Assembly (NCBI GenBank): GCA_963719035.1
Contig: CAVRAO010000011.1
Span: forward strand, 57,433-121,432
Length of the DNA stretch: 64,000 nt
Reading direction: 5' to 3'
From: Methanobacteriota archaeon
GTDB taxonomy: Archaea; Halobacteriota; Bog-38; Methanoflorentales; Methanoflorentaceae
Part shown: in pieces, positions 1-10,866 of the stretch
Position numbering within the stretch: position 1 is the stretch's first letter
Layout of the letters: every line of letters starts with the position of its first letter
Translations under genes and position numbers: made by a program
The notes under the pieces: model-generated
What the model was told of the DNA's origin: nothing
Database searches by the model: none
The model's input: the letters and a program-made list of their open reading frames with translations, nothing else

Positions 1-519
1 AGACCGGAAAAATCCACCTGGATAGAGATCGTCGAGTTTATTCACTCCCATCAGATAGATCCGATCTTTTTTAACGCCCACTACTACGTTGGTCCGGAAA
101 GACCAAAGGACAAGACGTATTTTTTATTCAGGGACGTGCTCCGCCAGACCGGGAAAACCGCAATCGGCAAGTTTGTCATGCGGGAAAAGGAGCATGTGTG
201 CGCAATCGAAGCCTACCGAGAGGCGTTACTTCTAACGACGCTGAACTACGACTACGAGATTAGGGACATCAAGCGAGTCGACGGTCTTGCGGAGGAGCCG
301 TCGATTTCACAAGCGGAAATGGACCTCGCGAGACAACTCCTCGGCCAGATCACCGTCGATGAGTTTGACATCACTCAGTTTCACGACACGTTTGAGGACG
401 AGCTCCAGCAGCTCGTTGCAAAAAAAGCCCGGGGTGAAACGATTAGCGTCGAAAAGATCGAATACCACGCGACTCCCGTAGAGAACCTCATCGAAGCGTT
501 GAAGGCAAGTCTCAAATGA
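1..519 (+). CDS. ku: Ku protein (NHEJ end-binding), 5'-truncated by window edge
   Basis: Frame open from base 1: IEIVEFIHSHQIDPIFFNAHYYVGPE...AIGKFVMREKEH...LTTLNYDYEIR...NLIEALKASL, typical of prokaryotic Ku; overlaps the ligase start. Confidence 0.92.
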   Translation, partial: RPEKSTWIEIVEFIHSHQIDPIFFNAHYYVGPERPKDKTYFLFRDVLRQTGKTAIGKFVMREKEHVCAIEAYREALLLTTLNYDYEIRDIKRVDGLAEEPSISQAEMDLARQLLGQITVDEFDITQFHDTFEDELQQLVAKKARGETISVEKIEYHATPVENLIEALKASLK

Positions 520-1391
520 TGCTCGCTGCCACCGGCACGCGTGAGATTCTGCAATCTAAGTCATACATCTTCGAGCCTAAGCTGGACGGTTATCGGGCGC
601 TCTGCCAAAAAAGGGGAGGGACGTTACGATTGCTATCACGAAACAACCGGGACATTACCCTTGAGTTTCCAGGACTGTCGTTTGGCGATCACATTAACGC
701 CGATTGCACGCTTGACGGCGAGATCGTGATATACGACGAAAAGGGGAACCCCTCATTTGCGCTCATGCAACAGCGAAAGCACCACCGTCCGCCGCCAACC
801 TACGTCGCGTTTGACATACTCGAGCTGGAAGGCCGGGATCTGCGGAGGCTGCCACTTTCAGAGAGGAAGCGGCTGCTTGCTGAGGTCGTTGAGGAAGGGG
901 GGAATTTACAGCTGATGCCAAGCACTGAAAACGGAGCAGCGCTCTGGAACGTCGTTACCACAAGAGGCCTTGAAGGAGTGATGGCAAAGAAAAAGGAAAG
1001 CGTCTACGTCACTGGACGATCCCGCGCTTGGCTTAAGATCAAGCTCGAAAAAACGGTCGATTCCGTTATCGTCGGGTATGCAACGAAGACGAGGGAGATC
1101 GCTTCGTTGGCACTTGGGTTGTATGACGGGGCGACCCTCACTTATATTGGACAGGTCGGCACGGGCTTTAGCGAGTCGCTCCTTGAAAAACTTAGCAAGG
1201 ACCTCGTCCGGGCAAGTAACGACGTTGCTCTTCCCACGAATGTGCGCCCGGTCGTTCCCGATAAAGTGTGTGAGGTCAAGTACCTTGAATATACGAAGGA
1301 CGGTCGGTTAAGGGCACCGGTGTTCTTGCGGATACGCGATGACAAGTCTCCGAGCGAATGCACGATCGACCAGGTGATAAAAGGTGCTTGA
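516..1391 (+). CDS. ligD: ATP-dependent DNA ligase (LigD-type ligase domain)
   Basis: Motif I EPKLDGYR, LDGEIV, YVAFDIL, EGVMAK, WLKIK, LRAPVFLRIRDDK. Confidence 0.93.
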   Translation: MMLAATGTREILQSKSYIFEPKLDGYRALCQKRGGTLRLLSRNNRDITLEFPGLSFGDHINADCTLDGEIVIYDEKGNPSFALMQQRKHHRPPPTYVAFDILELEGRDLRRLPLSERKRLLAEVVEEGGNLQLMPSTENGAALWNVVTTRGLEGVMAKKKESVYVTGRSRAWLKIKLEKTVDSVIVGYATKTREIASLALGLYDGATLTYIGQVGTGFSESLLEKLSKDLVRASNDVALPTNVRPVVPDKVCEVKYLEYTKDGRLRAPVFLRIRDDKSPSECTIDQVIKGA

Positions 1392-2726
1392 GGAGTACAG
1401 GAAAAAAAGGGACTTTGCTAAAACCGCCGAACCAGCGCCTGAGCAGTTGGAAAGCGAGCACGCGATCTACGTCGTGCAGAAGCATAACGCGAGGCGAATA
1501 CACTTTGACTTTCGCCTTGAGCACGATGGCGTCCTTAAGAGCTGGGCGGTTCCCAAGGGGCTCTCGGACGACCCGCAGGATAAGCGGCTTGCGATCAGAA
1601 CAGAGGACCATCCTGTCGCTTACGCGGCGTTCTCTGGCGAGATACCGCAAGGTGAGTACGGGGCCGGGACCGTCGAGATCTGGGATAGGGGAAAATTTGT
1701 CAATATCACCATAAAGGGCGGAAAGGTTCAGCCGCTTAGCGAGGCGTTGGCAAAGGGACACTTCATTATCTATCTGAAGGGTGACAAGCTCAACGGGTCC
1801 TACGCATTCACGCGTCTTGACAACGACGAGTGGGTAATCGTCAAAAAAAAGGAGAAGCCTCACCTGAGTACCGACATAGACGTTAGGGGGCACCGTATCA
1901 AGATAACGCATCCTGAAAAAGAGCTCGATGAGGGGATAACAAAAGCAGAGCTTGTGGAATACTATCGCAACGTTGCACCGTTGATGCTGCCCCATATTAA
2001 AGACAGATTCCTCTCGATGTTCAGGTTTCCCGAAGGGGTGCGCGGAGAGAAGTTCTTCCAAAAGAATATCCCCGATTATTTTCCTGAGTGGATAGAAAGC
2101 AAGTGCCTGGAACACGAAAGCGGCGTGACCTGTTATGCGATCGTTAAGGACGAAGCAGCGATCGTCTACATCAGTAATCAGGTTGTTGTGCCCCACATCA
2201 CGGTCACGCGAATTGACAAACCTGACCTTCCTGACAAGATGATATTTGACCTCGACCCGTCTCGACCCGACGTGCCATCGCTCAAGTCAGCCGCAGTTAA
2301 GTTGAAGGGCTTTCTTGAAGCTTTAGGGTTTAAACCGTATATCATGACGACGGGGGGGAGGGCTATCACGTTGCGGTGCCCGTCAAGCGCGAGCTTGACA
2401 ACAGAGGCGTCCGAGACTTTGCCCTCAAGATCGCTCAGACCCTCGCTAAGCAAGACGACACCGTAACGACGGAGCTAAGCACGGAAAAAAGAAAGGGACG
2501 AATCTTCATCGACGTAAACCGGATATCTGCGATGCAGACCGCGGTGGCACCGTACGCGGCACGATCAGAACCGGGCCTTCCTATTGCGAGCCCGTTTCCT
2601 TGGGACGAGCTGCCAAACATCAATCCAACGTCGTACACCATCAGAAACTACCCGAAAGAGGATGCATGGGAAAATTTCTTTTCAAATGCTGTGTCAATAC
2701 GGGGTATCCTTAAGAACCTCGCGTAA
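1384..2726 (+). CDS. LigD 3'-phosphoesterase + primase-polymerase fusion, one frameshift near 2360
   Basis: PE motifs VVQKHNARRIHFDFRLE and SWAVPKG; Pol motifs FFQK, MIFDLDP, IFIDVNR, AVAPYAAR. Adding one G at ggggagggctat restores TGGRGYHVAVP and joins ORFs 1384..2466 and 2376..2726. Confidence 0.88.
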
Positions 2727-2960
2727 ACGCTCTTGAGAACGGAGCGTTGAAGGGTTTTAAACTTACACCTCACCGGGGTTTACCCCCTTCTCTTTTCCAC
2801 TTCAAACTATACCGGCTTTGTCATATCCTTGAGTACTACTCGCCTTAAGTCGCCTGCTCTCTCGAGCATCACGCGCGAACAATTTCCCAGCCTCTCAGCC
2901 ATTGCTGCACTGCCGTACAAACGGATCCATCCACACACCCGGTCGTGTGACACAGACCCT

Positions 2961-3182
2961 TTGTCACGCTTTTCCACGAAATCGCAGCCTCACGCGGCCT
3001 TATGACAGCACTCCGTGTAGTCTTGATTCGGAGATGAGCGTGATGGCAACAAACGCAGCGACCATAAAAAACGGGGCCTGTCTCTACGGCCTTCGCTTCG
3101 GCTGTGTGAACACCACAAACGACCCGAACTGCAACAAGTGCGCAGAGCGCCTCGCCAATGCGGTGAACAACGTGCTCAGGCC
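2961..3182 (+). repeat. ~220-bp direct repeat, copy 1 (copy 2 at 6461-6681)
   Basis: Near-identical tgtcacgcttttccacgaaatcgcagcctcacgcgg...gtgctc at both sites. Confidence 0.95.
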
Positions 3183-3198
3183 ACGGCACACAAACTAA
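3034..3198 (+). CDS. Small four-Cys protein (54 aa), paralog 1
   Basis: MSVMATNAATIKNGACLYGLRFGCVNTTNDPNCNKCAERLANAVNNVLRPRHTN; frame and Cys conserved in copy 2. Confidence 0.6.
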   Translation: MSVMATNAATIKNGACLYGLRFGCVNTTNDPNCNKCAERLANAVNNVLRPRHTN

Positions 3199-3339
3199 AC
3201 AGACCCTGTTTGTGGACCGTTTCTTTGATTAATTTATGGGTACGGCTGCTAAATTTACTGTTAAATCACGCTGTTTGGCTGCTTACTGACAGCGAACGGG
3301 ACTCATATTCTCCAGGTAACTCGGCGTCCGAAACGACCC

Positions 3340-4191
3340 TCATTCATTCAACTTCCAGTATACCCGATGATCAGTAATGTCGTAAGCCACTTTGTACGTG
3401 CTGACAAGTCCGCTCAAGTGGCCCTTTATGGTAGTGACGGAAAGCCAGTATTGAGCCAGGTTGTCCTGCACGTTAAGCTCTTTGAGCACGTCGTAGATGA
3501 GGTCTTCCGTTGATCGAGCACGCTCTAAAAGTCGCAGTATCATAGCATCGATCTGTGCAAGCCGCTCTAAGTGAAGTGCGATCTGTTCAACGCTTTCTTC
3601 CTTTGACATAACCGCGCCGTGACTCGGAACGAGCCAGTCAAACGCTGTTTTTTTAATCGCGTCAAGCGAGCGGCGCGTGAGCTCGACGTCAATGGAGTAG
3701 GGCAACTTGTGACGTTCCCAGGTTGCCTTCGGGTAGAGGGCGTCTCCTGCAAAGAGCACACCGTTACATAAGAAGCCCGTGTGCCCCATAGTATGCCCAG
3801 ACAAGAGTAATGGGGTTATGCCTCCTTCGAACGGGTACTCTTCGGTATAGCGGTCGACCTTACACGGCTCTCCGCGGAAGAATTTTGTCGTCATCTCAAC
3901 CGGTGGACGCGCCCAGTTAAACATGCCCCGGGCATTGAGCTCCGGATTCTCGATTAAAAATGCGTCCTCTTTCGGAGCAACTACGAGTGCTCGCGTACGC
4001 TTCTGCAGCGTACTGGCCCAAGCGAAATGATCGGCATGACCGTGGGTGATGAGGATCCCCTCAAGGTCGAGCGGGGCGTCAATAACGGCTGTATCGATTA
4101 GGTGGTTTTCGTAAAGACCGATGTTGGTTTTGCCAAGAATGCATTTGACGTCGTTTAATTCGATGAATTTTTGTCTCACGTAATTTCGCAC
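3340..4191 (-). CDS. MBL-fold metallo-hydrolase
   Basis: THGHADH, GHTMGH, FAGDALY, PSHG motifs. Confidence 0.88.
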   Translation of the reverse strand: MRNYVRQKFIELNDVKCILGKTNIGLYENHLIDTAVIDAPLDLEGILITHGHADHFAWASTLQKRTRALVVAPKEDAFLIENPELNARGMFNWARPPVEMTTKFFRGEPCKVDRYTEEYPFEGGITPLLLSGHTMGHTGFLCNGVLFAGDALYPKATWERHKLPYSIDVELTRRSLDAIKKTAFDWLVPSHGAVMSKEESVEQIALHLERLAQIDAMILRLLERARSTEDLIYDVLKELNVQDNLAQYWLSVTTIKGHLSGLVSTYKVAYDITDHRVYWKLNE

Positions 4192-4724
4192 CCCAATTAG
4201 TCTCCAACGGTTAGCGAGAGTCTCATTCTAGCATGTGAAAAATGTGACAAGCCTCCCTTCATGTCGCGACGATCGAGTCTTAGCAGGTCCTCAGCGATAA
4301 CTCTAACGGAGCAGATTTTTTAAAATGTCAGCAATTTCATCAGGTACAGGATGGAGCTCGCAATGGACCTATTGACGCTGCAAGACCTGCCAAACGTTTA
4401 AACATATGCTACGCGGCGGGTTTTATTACGCGACCGGCAAGAGCGAAATAACCCCTGAACAAAAAGGGTGCTAGTTCCGCACTGCCCCGTGCACTTAGCG
4501 TACGGCCTCAAACATGACTTCTTTTGTTTACATAGTGCGGCAGATTAGTTTAGGGTAGGGGGTTTTCGCACATGTTAAAACGTGCTACGTAGATTGTACT
4601 CCCGTTTTGAGGTCACCATCGACCTAATGCGGCAACTTTTATCTTAAATCGAAAGAGTATGTCTGTCTTTAAAGATCTTTGATGGTCACTGACCACCATC
4701 TAAAACACGATGAGGTGATAAACG

Positions 4725-5042
4725 GTGCAATTCTTTGTAAGGTGGCGCATTGACAATACAATGCTTGCTAAGCCCGCTACGCCCGAAGAGATTGGGAAGC
4801 TATATTCAGCGATGCTCAAAATGGTAAAAGAGGATCTGCGCTACGGGTCCTTTAGCGCGTTTGGACAGTTTGGGAACGGCAGGGATGGATATGTCATAAG
4901 CGATCTAAAAGACGTAACAGACTTGGCTGCGGTTATGTTCAAGTACCGGCCATATGTTACGTGGAAGATCCGTCCGGTGCTTGATGTTGACGAATCGATG
5001 GTAGTGATACAGGAAGCAAGTGCGACCGTCAAGCTTGAGTAA
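4725..5042 (+). CDS. DUF3303-like small alpha/beta protein
   Basis: 105 aa, GAGGTGA RBS; pattern FFVRW...FGQF...GYVI...PVLDVDE. Confidence 0.55.
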   Translation: MQFFVRWRIDNTMLAKPATPEEIGKLYSAMLKMVKEDLRYGSFSAFGQFGNGRDGYVISDLKDVTDLAAVMFKYRPYVTWKIRPVLDVDESMVVIQEASATVKLE

Positions 5043-5247
5043 TTTGGTTTAAATGTAATTCAAGCAATCTCCTTACCCGCGCGCCACGTCGCCTGCAGGA
5101 GGCCGCTCGACGCACCGGAGCAGATCATCCTTTTAGGAGAACATGCTCGAGCTGTGTGTGCTGCGGTACAGCGTGTAAACCTTCTTACTGTCCGTTTAAG
5201 CAAAAAAGTCGTGAGCGGGTTTTTTAGCTTTTGTTTCAACTCCTGCT

Positions 5248-5721
5248 CTACGAATTAGCGAGATAGTCTCGATAATTAAGGACGAAATACCTCTTCCCTT
5301 TTTTCCGTACGACAAACCCTTCATCCTCGAGCAGTCGTTTCTGAGCTTCAGCGCCACCCGGATATTTCTCGTTTAGAAATCCATCCGCCTTCAACGTTCG
5401 CCAGTATGGAATGTTCAAGAGCGTGCCATCTTGTATGCCCTCTTCCACAGCGTTTGCCGCTGTCATGATGAAAATACCAGTAGTAAGCGAGCAGCACGCT
5501 TTGACCCCGTGGTTCTTGGCAATTCTCTTACATATCTCCACAATGGTGATGAGCTTACCCGCCGGGACATCTTTCATGACCGCAACAACCTCGCTCGGAT
5601 TGACCAGAACGACAGGGTCGCCAGGCTCAGCTCCCATTTTGTGCACCGCGTTGTAGCAGGGGAATCGCTCTTCTAATTCCATCACCTTTGGCAGCCCTTT
5701 TTTATCTCCCAGTTTCTGCAT
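5248..5721 (-). CDS. MGMT/alkyltransferase-like DNA-binding protein
   Basis: VPAGKLITI...IPYWRTLKADG...QKRLLEDEGF; lacks the PCHR catalytic Cys. Confidence 0.75.
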   Translation of the reverse strand: MQKLGDKKGLPKVMELEERFPCYNAVHKMGAEPGDPVVLVNPSEVVAVMKDVPAGKLITIVEICKRIAKNHGVKACCSLTTGIFIMTAANAVEEGIQDGTLLNIPYWRTLKADGFLNEKYPGGAEAQKRLLEDEGFVVRKKGKRYFVLNYRDYLANS

Positions 5722-5844
5722 CCACGTTTTCTTTTTTGTACGTCATTAGTCACGCCCCTTGAGTTTCGCCCCTCCGTTTTTGACCAATCCACGGTCGCGC
5801 TTTTTTGCTTCATTAATGTTTTTTGGCAAGCCCCAGCCTCGTTG

Positions 5845-6303
5845 TCACTCTTCCCACCTGTACAACTGCTTTTTCGTCAGTAAGCGATCACCGTTACAAT
5901 TAAAACATATCCCATTGTGGCAACATAGCATCCCGCCGCACTTCGAACACTGCCACTTCGCGTTCTCACGCTCAATAAAAGCAGCAAGCGAATGCTGTTT
6001 GATAAAGACAAGATTTTCGATAAAACTCATGCGATAACGCTTTTGATACCGTGCGTCAATATGTTCTAAGTTCCTGCACGGGAAACTGCTACATTCGTAA
6101 CAAAACCGTACGTTGTGATTCAGAAGGAGCTCACATTGTTTCTTTAGAAACGCGCATTTCTTATCTCGGGGGCGACATCCAGCGCAGTAAGACATTCTCA
6201 CCCCTTTACGTTTTACATCGTGCTTGCGCGCAAGGTAGCTACTACATACCAAGCAGTTCATGCCGCACGGAGCGATGAGTTCGGCTTTTTCAGTCTCGAG
6301 CAT
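5845..6303 (-). CDS. DUF3795-like Cys-rich protein
   Basis: APCGMNCLVC, CAGCR, FCYECSSFPC, CSKCGG motifs. Confidence 0.75.
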   Translation of the reverse strand: MLETEKAELIAPCGMNCLVCSSYLARKHDVKRKGVRMSYCAGCRPRDKKCAFLKKQCELLLNHNVRFCYECSSFPCRNLEHIDARYQKRYRMSFIENLVFIKQHSLAAFIERENAKWQCSKCGGMLCCHNGICFNCNGDRLLTKKQLYRWEE

Positions 6304-6532
6304 AAGCTATCTTGGGGAATTTCGTCTGCCCGCTCATATAATGCTTTCTTTCACCCTAGCTCCGTACATTGGTAGCCGTTTATAAACGGGCATAGCGCAT
6401 CGCCCGCACGTTCCCATCATGTGACGAAAACGTTCTGTCACGCTATGTGACAAAAACGTTCTGTCACGCTTTTCCACGAAATCGCAGCCTCACGCGGCCT
6501 TATGACAGCACTCCGTGTAGTCTGATTCGGAG

Positions 6533-6697
6533 ATGAGCGTGATGGCAACAAACGCAACGACCATAAACAACGGGGCCTGCCTCTACGGCCTTCGCTACGG
6601 CTGTGTGAACACCACGAACGACCCGAACTGCAACCAGTGCGCAGAGCGCCTCGCCAATGCGGTCAACAGCGTGCTCCGGCCAACAGCGCACAGATGA
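6533..6697 (+). CDS. Small four-Cys protein (54 aa), paralog 2
   Basis: Hand translation MSVMATNATTINNGACLYGLRYGCVNTTNDPNCNQCAERLANAVNSVLRPTAHR. Confidence 0.6.
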   Translation: MSVMATNATTINNGACLYGLRYGCVNTTNDPNCNQCAERLANAVNSVLRPTAHR

Positions 6698-6728
6698 ATA
6701 AACGTGCAGATTTAACGCGATTATTCTA

Positions 6729-6872
6729 CTAATCAGCGGGTTTCGGTTTCCTGGGTTCTATAAAGAATATGAAGAAAACAAAGAAGAGAAAGAACAGCGG
6801 CTGGTTGAGGAGCACGCCTAAGAATCCAAGCAAACCGATGAGGCCCCAATACCAGTGTATCTTTAGTTCCAT
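6729..6872 (-). CDS. Small hydrophobic membrane protein (47 aa)
   Basis: Hand translation MELKIHWYWGLIGLLGFLGVLLNQPLFFLFFVFFIFFIEPRKPKPAD; degenerate paralog near 37300-37412. Confidence 0.55.
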   Translation of the reverse strand: MELKIHWYWGLIGLLGFLGVLLNQPLFFLFFVFFIFFIEPRKPKPAD

Positions 6873-7225
6873 ATTCGTCCACTTGCAGTTCTCTTTAGTT
6901 TATAGGATATATATAAAAAGCCATTACTGAATGGCAAAAGCGAACAACGCGCCTGCAACAACTCACTCTCGGATGACAGCACGAAGGTCGCTTTCACAGA
7001 CGCTAACGCAGCTTCCTTCCCCATCTCCGTAACGCGCAGTGCTGGCTGAGCGCGTTGGCATCATAAGATCACACCTTTCTGAAGCTGCTGACCAAAAGGG
7101 TTATATGAACGCCTTTTCATGAGCCGATAGAGGTCGCTGGTGCGATTATTATGGGGCTCAAACGGGTGTATTGGAGCACCTGCGTTGATGTCGATCGTGA
7201 GTTATCGCGTTAGTTAGGTGAAGAT

Positions 7226-8269
7226 ATGTCAAAGAGAATTCAAGTCGGCGTACTTGGCGCCACTGGCGCCGTCGGACAGCGCTTTTGTCAACTCCTCGAG
7301 GCACACCCGTGGTTTGAAGTGGGGGCGGTCACGGCCTCTGAGCGGAGCGCGGGGAAGAACTATGAGGACGCGGTTGATTGGCGTTTGAGCACGCCCATAC
7401 CCGAAAACATAGGGGATCTTCGCGTTATTCCGACCACGGCAGCGGACATGCCTGATGATGTGAAACTGGTCTTTTCATCCCTCCCGGCCGACATCGCAGA
7501 ACGCGTCGAAGCGGAGTACGCCAGCGACGGCTTTGGCGTCTCGAGTAACGCCGCCTCGTACAGGATGTTCGACGATGTGCCCCTCCTCATTCCCGAGGTC
7601 AACAAAGATCACGTGCAATTGATCCAGATACAGAAAGAGCAGCGCGGTTGGGATGGTTTCATCGTTACCAACCCGAATTGTTCCACCATCGTGCTCGTCA
7701 TGACGCTTAAACCGCTCATGCAGCTCGGGCTTACCGACGTCAAGGTCGCGACGATGCAGGCGGTATCTGGTGGGGGGTACACCGGGGTCTCATCTATGGC
7801 CATCCTCGATAACGTCGTGCCCTATATCGGTGGAGAGGAGGAGAAGATGCAGACCGAGACACCGAAGATTCTTGGCGCGTTTAACGGAACGAAGGTCGTC
7901 AACGCCAGTGTCACTGTCAGCGCGATCTGCAACCGCGTCCCGGTGATCGACGGACATACTGAATCGGTATGGGTTGACGTCGATGCGTCTCCTGAGGTCG
8001 TAAAACAGGCCATGGACTCGCTTCCGCCCCTCAAAGGATTACCATCTGCTCCCGAACGCCCTGTAATAGTCAGAGAGGAGAACGATCGACCGCAGCCGCG
8101 GCTTGACCGCGACGTTTACGACGGAATGAGCGTTACCGTTGGTCGGGTGAGGCGTGACGTTGTCAAGGGCATTAAGTATACGCTGATGGGCCATAACACT
8201 ATAAGGGGAGCTGCAGGAGCTTCGATTCTCAACGCGGAGATGCTCGCCTCTGAAGGCTTCCTCAAGTAG
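7226..8269 (+). CDS. asd: Aspartate-semialdehyde dehydrogenase (archaeal type)
   Basis: [42 protein letters not shown]. Confidence 0.97.
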   Translation: MSKRIQVGVLGATGAVGQRFCQLLEAHPWFEVGAVTASERSAGKNYEDAVDWRLSTPIPENIGDLRVIPTTAADMPDDVKLVFSSLPADIAERVEAEYASDGFGVSSNAASYRMFDDVPLLIPEVNKDHVQLIQIQKEQRGWDGFIVTNPNCSTIVLVMTLKPLMQLGLTDVKVATMQAVSGGGYTGVSSMAILDNVVPYIGGEEEKMQTETPKILGAFNGTKVVNASVTVSAICNRVPVIDGHTESVWVDVDASPEVVKQAMDSLPPLKGLPSAPERPVIVREENDRPQPRLDRDVYDGMSVTVGRVRRDVVKGIKYTLMGHNTIRGAAGASILNAEMLASEGFLK

Positions 8270-8688
8270 GGGCGAGCAGTAGCACCGTCAGGTACCCCCA
8301 CAATCTGGTAGTACCGAAAAAAGCGCACCGGGCAAGAGCCGAGACCCTACGACCTCGGTCAGTATCTCTTGGTGAGCATAGCGTGTCAGGTTGGCGATGG
8401 ACGTGCGCTCTTCGTCGTTACAAGGGTGCTCCGCCCGAATAATGGTTTCTCCGTTATGCCCATTTAGAGCTTTTGTAACGTTGCCTTTGAAGAGCCTATT
8501 TTGATTGCATTGACGGTAACAGCAAAGGGCAGCAGCTCTCATGCAGTCCGCTCAAGCACGAGGTCTTCAAGGTGCATCTGTAGTACTCTTGAGCTGAGAT
8601 CTCAGCCGTAAGCTCGCGTTCAGGTGCAAACAGATAGGCCTTTATTTACGATGGTCGCATTAGGGAGTACCACTGTTGGAGTGATATA

Positions 8689-9066
8689 ATGGCAGAATTG
8701 ACGACAACAATAGTTGAAGAGCAGCTCGCAAAGCACAACTTCATCGACCGGGGCGGCGCGCAAAAAGAACCTGAGGGCATGCGATTTCGCTTGTTCTCGG
8801 TCGGCACGCAGAGCAACCTGCTGCTCGAAATAGGGTCTGACAACGGGATTAGACTTGTCCTTTCAACACTGATGGAGCCGCTTGTCGAACGGCTCAAAGG
8901 AAGTGGCGAGATCGTCCTCGACGAGTCCAAGGACTTCACCCTTGCTAAGGATGAAACGGTCAAATTTGAGAAGCGGCAGGGAGATGCGCCCTATTGGTGG
9001 TCCTACAAGGTCGGGGATTACACAGAACCAGGTACCTGCTCAAGGCCATCGATATGTACGAGATGA
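8689..9066 (+). CDS. Hypothetical protein
   Basis: 125-aa ORF with GGAGTGA RBS. Confidence 0.5.
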   Translation: MAELTTTIVEEQLAKHNFIDRGGAQKEPEGMRFRLFSVGTQSNLLLEIGSDNGIRLVLSTLMEPLVERLKGSGEIVLDESKDFTLAKDETVKFEKRQGDAPYWWSYKVGDYTEPGTCSRPSICTR

Positions 9067-9241
9067 TGATGGGTTGGGGAGATGAGCTTACGAGCGCACC
9101 CCCAGCTGCAGAGTAATAATCTTTTTGATTAGCTAAAAAGGCTTAAACTAAGCTCTTGAACGATTGGAAGCCGCAGTTTGCGGAGCGGCACTCGTGGTGA
9201 GTGAGAACCTTAATATACGAACATAAGATAAGGGTATCTGC

Positions 9242-9315
9242 GGGCTCGTGGTCTAGCTGGTTATGACATCGCCTTTACACGGCGAAGGTCGGGCGTTCGA
9301 ATCGCCTCGAGCCCA
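9242..9315 (+). tRNA. tRNA-Val (anticodon TAC), no encoded CCA
   Basis: Acceptor GGGCTCG/CGAGCCC+A, anticodon arm cgcc-ttTACac-ggcg, GTTCGAATC T-loop, AT-rich promoter-like box near 9210. Confidence 0.96.
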
Positions 9316-9561
9316 TCGTTTTTTTGAATATTGGTGGAAAAATAGGCTTCTTTTTCAATAAGGGTTCGTAACTCCCTGATTTCTTCTTCAAGAACCTCAA
9401 TTCGAGCCGAAAAATCAGATTTGGCGTTTTGTTTTAACTCAACAAACGCGAAAATTTAAGCTTGTCTTTCCCTTTGTTACATATCCAAGATTCTCCATTT
9501 TTTACGGTCGTTTCCAATCTACTTGCGCAGATCGGTGCTTGGAGCGACATGTCGAAACACG

Positions 9562-10524
9562 TTAATTATTACGTGTCACCTGTGTCCTTACATCTACTGT
9601 CTGCCCATTCGTGGTCATCATGATCGTTCCTTGCGTATCCGTCCGATATACCGTCGCGTTCACGGCAGCCAGTCGTGTCAGCGCTTGTGGCGCTGGATGG
9701 CCGTACGTGTTGTTCGCGCCGACCGAGATCACGGCGATATGTGGTGTGACCGCCCTAAGGAACGATGCACTCGTAGCGGAGCGACTTCCGTGATGCCCCA
9801 CTTTCAGCACATAAGCGCTGCAGTTGTACGTTGAGATCATATGCGCCTCAGCTGATGATTCTGCATCGCCCATCAGCAGATAGCTCACACGTTGATAAGT
9901 CACTTTAATGACTATGCTGTCATCATTATCCGGCGCATGCGTCGCGGAAATCTGCTGCAACGGATTAATGACGAAAACAGCTGTATCCGAGTCGATGGCT
10001 ATGCTGTCGCCTGCCCTCGATTTTGTGTAGGTGATGTTCTTTTGCGCGATTAACTGCAGGAACGTCGCGTACGTAGCGCTTGATTTCGGGAGCCCTACGT
10101 CATAGACGTGATCCACCTGCATTGAATCAAGAACAGTGATTAAACCGCCAACGTGATCGGAGTCTGGATGTGTTGCGACAACCCCATTAAGACGTGTTAT
10201 CCCGATAGAATGGAGATAAGCCACGACTGTGGGCCCCTCTGACTGTTTGCCGCCATCGATGAGCAGCGATTCGTTATGTGGGAACGTCAAAAGGATAGCG
10301 TCTCCCTGCCCCACGTCGATGACTGACATAGTGAGATTCGAGCCTATCGATTGTTGGACCTGAGGGAGTTCTAAGGAAGGATTTGCCGCTGGAGTTGAAC
10401 CCGACGGTGAGGTGTTCGCGGTAGGTGAGGGTGACAGCGTTGATACAGGAAACGTTATGCAACCGGCCACAGACAGCGACGCTACGATAACAAGCACTAT
10501 CGCAGCTATTGGTTTCAATTGCAT
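9562..10524 (-). CDS. ComEC/Rec2-like MBL-fold lipoprotein
   Basis: Lipobox SVAGC; DVGQGDAIL, THPDSDHVGG, NDDSIV, LMGDAE, KVGHHGS, YGHP. Confidence 0.88.
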   Translation of the reverse strand: MQLKPIAAIVLVIVASLSVAGCITFPVSTLSPSPTANTSPSGSTPAANPSLELPQVQQSIGSNLTMSVIDVGQGDAILLTFPHNESLLIDGGKQSEGPTVVAYLHSIGITRLNGVVATHPDSDHVGGLITVLDSMQVDHVYDVGLPKSSATYATFLQLIAQKNITYTKSRAGDSIAIDSDTAVFVINPLQQISATHAPDNDDSIVIKVTYQRVSYLLMGDAESSAEAHMISTYNCSAYVLKVGHHGSRSATSASFLRAVTPHIAVISVGANNTYGHPAPQALTRLAAVNATVYRTDTQGTIMMTTNGQTVDVRTQVTRNN

Positions 10525-10653
10525 ACGATTATGCAAGAGGCGACGGGTGGCTTAACTATTCCAATTAAGCAGAATGAAAAAAAGAGAGAGCATGCTACAT
10601 TATTCGCGTAAAGATGCGAAAATTTTTTCCATTTAATGAACGTGATATAGTCT

Positions 10654-10866
10654 ATGAAACGACTCGTAAGGATTAAGGAGGGCAGGTGGCTGGCAGGGGT
10701 CTGCGGCGGAATCGCAAAATATTACGATATCGATCCCATCATCATTCGACTCTTATGGTTAGCCTTCACCCTTGCATTTGGTGTTGGTCTCCTTGTCTAC
10801 ATCGTAGCATGGATCCTGATTCCGGAGGAGGGGGAAGAAGAAAACGTTGAAATTAATACGCTCTAG
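10654..10866 (+). CDS. pspC: PspC-domain protein
   Basis: GRWLAGVCGGIAKYYDIDPIIIRLLW...YIVAWILIPEE. Confidence 0.9.
   Translation: MKRLVRIKEGRWLAGVCGGIAKYYDIDPIIIRLLWLAFTLAFGVGLLVYIVAWILIPEEGEEENVEINTL

Noticed and set aside
1276-2196. Long antisense ORF (306 aa) and similar shadow ORFs over carB, asd, the photolyase and the PAP2 gene
   Set aside because: They lie opposite well-supported genes and have no recognisable motifs.
2350-2365. Programmed frameshift or phase variation in the LigD polymerase
   Set aside because: One missing G restores the conserved motif, and similar indels are scattered through unrelated genes, so error is more likely.
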